From the IMG/VR virus record IMGVR_UViG_3300032219_000543, positions 1-27,895 of that record: a stretch of 27,895 nucleotides of DNA. The stretch is one strand, 5' to 3'. The notes beneath the pieces are model-generated. The model did no database searches, had not been told where the DNA came from, and saw only the letters and a list, made by a program, of their open reading frames with translations. Positions 25,054 through 27,895 of the stretch are shown piece after piece. How positions within the stretch are numbered: position 1 is the stretch's first letter; every line of letters begins with the position of its first letter. Origin of the DNA: a virus. Lineage: Duplodnaviria; Caudoviricetes. Made by a program: the position numbers and the translations under genes.

Positions 25054-26591
25054 GTTTTACCGGAACACTTCTGCCATATCAGGTAGAGGCTGTAGAGGCT
25101 ATGGTAGACCGCAAGAAGATGCTTGTGGCCTATGACCTTGGCCTGGGTAAAACAGTTTTAACTATTGCTGCTCTTGAGCAGTTAAAAGACGAAGGAAAGA
25201 TCACAGAGCCTGGTATAGTTATCTGTCTATCCTCATTGAAGTATCAGTGGGCAGATCAGATTAGGAAGTTTACCGATGGTTCTTCAAACACTGTGGTCGT
25301 GGATGGAACCCCGTCTAAAAGAGCAGAGCAGTATGTTACCGCTGAAACAGCCGATTACGTCATCCTCAATTACGAGCAGGTTGTTAACGACTGGGAGTAT
25401 GTTCAACATCTTGCGAGAGGGTTCGTTGTATGCGACGAAGCAACAGCAATCAAAAGCTTTAGATCAAAACGATCAAAGCAAGTAAAGAAGCTTACTAGCC
25501 CTGTTAAGTTTGCGTTAACCGGTACCCCTATTGAGAACGGTAAGCCGGAAGAGCTTTACAGCATTATGCAGTTTGTAGACTCAAAGGTCTTAGGACGCTT
25601 TGATCTCTTTGATCAAACCTTTATTGTACGCAATCGCTTTGGTGGTGTTGAGCGCTACCGTAACCTAACTACCCTCAGCAAAACTCTTGCAACATCAACA
25701 GTACGCAAGAGACAAACAGATGCAGACGTCGCACCCTACCTGCCCGATACAATTTTTGCGGAGCCTATTTTGGTAGAGTTTGATCGTGCCGGATCTGTTC
25801 TCTATAAAGATATTGCACGAGAACTCCTAAAGGATCTAGACGATGCAGTAGAGTCATTCGGCTCATCATTTGATCTGTTCAGCCACTACGCTGGGGAGCA
25901 CTCCAACGATGTCATGGATGCACTCAAGGGCAAGGTAATGTCAAAGCTGACAGCACTGCGTATGCTTTGCGATCACCATGAGTTGATTCGTGTCTCATCG
26001 TCTACATCCGGTTACGCTGGGGAGTTGGAAGAGTCTGGCAGGCTTGATAAATTAAAGCAAACTCCAAAGCTATCCGCACTCAAAGAATATGTAGACAACT
26101 TCTTAGAGCAAGATGAAAGAAACAAAGTAGTTATCTTTACAAGCTATGTACATATGGTTAAACTAATTAGAGAAGCACTTAATTATAAATCGTCCCCGTA
26201 TACAGGAGCCATGAATGCTAAAGAAAAAGAAGAAGCAAAAGTTAAGTTCCAGACGGATCCCGAAGTTAGGATCCTTGTCAGCTCTGATGCTGGGGGCTAT
26301 GGTGTTGATCTACCTCAAGCTAATCTTCTTATTAATTATGATCTCCCGTGGAACGCAGGACTCGCACTTCAACGTAATGGACGAATCAGAAGAGCATCCA
26401 GCACATGGCCCTCAATCGTAATTCAAGACTTCATTATGGACGGATCAATTGAGGAACGTCAGCACGCTATGCTCGTACAGAAGATGGCTGTAGCAAACGC
26501 AATCATTGACGGAGAAGGCATCAATACTGAGGGTGGAGTAACGTTAACAGCCGGAACACTTAGGGCTTTCTTAGAGGCAGTTTCGGTTTAA
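25050..26591 (+). CDS. SNF2-family helicase
   Basis: LLPYQ, DLGLGKT, DEAT, LTGTPIEN, GGYGVDL, YDLPWN and QRNGRIRR motifs. Confidence 0.93.
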   Translation: MSFTGTLLPYQVEAVEAMVDRKKMLVAYDLGLGKTVLTIAALEQLKDEGKITEPGIVICLSSLKYQWADQIRKFTDGSSNTVVVDGTPSKRAEQYVTAETADYVILNYEQVVNDWEYVQHLARGFVVCDEATAIKSFRSKRSKQVKKLTSPVKFALTGTPIENGKPEELYSIMQFVDSKVLGRFDLFDQTFIVRNRFGGVERYRNLTTLSKTLATSTVRKRQTDADVAPYLPDTIFAEPILVEFDRAGSVLYKDIARELLKDLDDAVESFGSSFDLFSHYAGEHSNDVMDALKGKVMSKLTALRMLCDHHELIRVSSSTSGYAGELEESGRLDKLKQTPKLSALKEYVDNFLEQDERNKVVIFTSYVHMVKLIREALNYKSSPYTGAMNAKEKEEAKVKFQTDPEVRILVSSDAGGYGVDLPQANLLINYDLPWNAGLALQRNGRIRRASSTWPSIVIQDFIMDGSIEERQHAMLVQKMAVANAIIDGEGINTEGGVTLTAGTLRAFLEAVSV

Positions 26592-26600
26592 ACTATGACT

Positions 26601-26753
26601 ATGCCTAACGCACCTAAGACCCCGACTCGCACTATCCGTGTGTCTAACGACCTCTGGACTGCTGTGAAAGACAAGGCTGCCATCGAAGAGCGCACCGTTA
26701 CAGACGTGATTATTGAGGCTCTCAAGGCATACGTTGGGGATTTGCGTTCCTAA
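26601..26753 (+). CDS. Ribbon-helix-helix DNA-binding protein (50 aa)
   Basis: Below the ORF cutoff. MPNAPKTPTRTIRVSNDLWTAVKDKAAIEERTVTDVIIEALKAYVGDLRS*. TAAACT lies 6 nt upstream (leaderless-like); an in-frame ATG also exists at 26595. Confidence 0.85.
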   Translation: MPNAPKTPTRTIRVSNDLWTAVKDKAAIEERTVTDVIIEALKAYVGDLRS

Positions 26754-26770
26754 GGATTACCGTATAGAAT
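26742..26770 (+). promoter_or_regulatory. Putative housekeeping-sigma promoter
   Basis: TTGCGT (26742-47), 17 bp spacer, TAGAAT (26765-70); AGGAGG RBS before ATG 26788. Confidence 0.6.
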
Positions 26771-26787
26771 AGTAACAGGAGGAAAAA

Positions 26788-27222
26788 ATGCCAAATGTTA
26801 TTGAACGCCAAGATCCACAAGACCCAGGTTTCATGCCGAAGGTCTCACAATTTATCTCTTTACGTAGTCGGATTGACGACTTAAGTAAGGAACGAGATTC
26901 AATCAAAGCAGACTTATCAGAGCTAGTTGATGATATAGGTGAGCCTGACGAAAAGGGAAACCTGTGGCTCCGTCTTCCCCACGAAGTTGACGGATTCACA
27001 TCCCTACAACGCCAGCGCAAGGTATCTCAGTCATTAGACGAGAGCATTGCAACAGACCTTCTTAAAGAAAAAGGTTTGTATGATCGTTGCTACGCAATGC
27101 TTCCGGTTCTTAAAGAAGACGAAGTAATGGCGTGTCTATACGAAGGTCTTATCACAGAAGAAGAAGTTGATAAGATGTTCCCAAAGAAAGTATCGTACGC
27201 ATTTCTTACTAGCAAGGCTTAA
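26788..27222 (+). CDS. Coiled-coil protein (Gam/gp157-like, uncertain)
   Basis: N-terminal coiled coil, short beta region, V.DED..A-like C-terminal motif; strong RBS. Confidence 0.5.
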   Translation: MPNVIERQDPQDPGFMPKVSQFISLRSRIDDLSKERDSIKADLSELVDDIGEPDEKGNLWLRLPHEVDGFTSLQRQRKVSQSLDESIATDLLKEKGLYDRCYAMLPVLKEDEVMACLYEGLITEEEVDKMFPKKVSYAFLTSKA

Positions 27223-27224
27223 TA

Positions 27225-27692
27225 ATGGAAGATCAGGTAGACAAGTTTTTTGGTGGCCTGGATGACTACTATCCAGGTTCTAAGAAGAAGCGTCGCCCTG
27301 TAGACCCAAATGCTAAGCCAAAGAAAACAAAAGAAGAAGGATCCTGGGATGCAAATCCACAGGTTAAAAAACTACCTAACGGAAACGTGGTAGAATTATA
27401 TAGTGCGGGGTCATTGTGCCAAGCACTAGGAAGACCGATAGTTACTCTACGGCTTTGGGAACGAAAAGGTTATATACCACGTGCACCCTATCGCCTAAAG
27501 TCAATCATCGTAGACGGAGTAAAGAAGCCAGGATGGCGGATGTATTCCAAAGCAATGATCGAGTCAACTGTTAGGATCTTTAACTCTCGTGGACTCTTAG
27601 AGTCTCCGAGAATTGATTGGAATCGTTACCCTGACATGTCAATTGAATTGGCAGAATCTTGGAAAGCGATTCACGATCAAGAAACCAACTAA
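27225..27692 (+). CDS. MerR-like HTH DNA-binding protein
   Basis: LYSAGSLCQALGRPIVTLRLWERKGYIP...RMYS motif. Confidence 0.75.
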   Translation: MEDQVDKFFGGLDDYYPGSKKKRRPVDPNAKPKKTKEEGSWDANPQVKKLPNGNVVELYSAGSLCQALGRPIVTLRLWERKGYIPRAPYRLKSIIVDGVKKPGWRMYSKAMIESTVRIFNSRGLLESPRIDWNRYPDMSIELAESWKAIHDQETN

Positions 27693-27749
27693 CCACCTAG
27701 CGTAAAGACCCTTGGGTCTCAGCTATCAGCCAAGTAAAGAGAGGAAGCC

Positions 27750-27895
27750 ATGAGCGCTTCATTGAAAGTAAAGAAAGATCTACCTAACGTAGATTCATAC
27801 TCAGCTCCAGTAGTTGAGGAAAACCTGTTCGTTGAGGAAGATGAGAACGAAGTTCCTTCACACTCATCTGTTATTCAATCAGGTTGGGGTGCAGC
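27750..27895 (+). CDS. Partial ORF, possibly the N-terminus of a single-stranded DNA-binding protein
   Basis: GAGG RBS; MSASLKVKKDLPNVDSYSAPVVEENLFVEEDENEVPSHSSVIQSGWGA... is open to the window end. The function is a guess from the SGW motif and context. Confidence 0.45.
   Translation, partial: MSASLKVKKDLPNVDSYSAPVVEENLFVEEDENEVPSHSSVIQSGWGA

Noticed and set aside
754-27020. All minus-strand ORFs and nested alternative-frame plus-strand ORFs in the track (e.g. 1058-1279, 22834-23022, 23558-23776, 25276-25485, 26215-26421)
   Set aside because: They lie within well-supported + strand genes and lack recognisable motifs. 2774-3034 and 2893-3132 are antisense shadows of the Lys-rich ORFs.
1-27895. 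Stop-codon reassignment
   Set aside because: TAA, TAG and TGA all terminate full-length genes, and coding density is high under the standard code.
1-27895. tRNA, CRISPR array, intron, intein, integrase or IS element
   Set aside because: None was recognisable by eye. Intergenic gaps are short, and DnaB, primase and SNF2 are of normal length. A covariance-model scan was not possible.

Overview
The window is part of a tailed, contractile-tail (myovirus-like) phage genome, with every credible gene on the + strand. 1-2.0 kb is a tail-fibre/adhesin cassette containing a 20-Cys insert. 2.0-4.4 kb holds neck/tail-completion genes, interrupted by four tiny lysine-rich ORFs, a terminator and a structured leader. 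4.5-19.8 kb is a contractile tail and baseplate module: sheath, tube, chaperones, tape measure with M23 peptidase, tube initiator, LysM protein, split hub, unusual spike, gp25-like, baseplate J and a wedge with carbohydrate-binding-like repeats. 19.8-27.9 kb is a replication/regulation module: initiator with an internal palindrome, DnaC-like loader, DnaB, WhiB, primase, SNF2 helicase, RHH and MerR-like proteins. WhiB, leaderless-type promoters and AT-rich DNA suggest a low-GC actinobacterial host (inference). The most unusual items are the nested Cys-rich adhesin with its CxxC partner, the Lys-rich micro-protein operon, a probable +1 frameshift at UUU_CGC, a spike with a His-rich insert inside its OB fold, a split hub gene, a near-consensus leaderless promoter on a small membrane gene, and a candidate origin. 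All family calls are by motif recognition and gene order; no searches were run.
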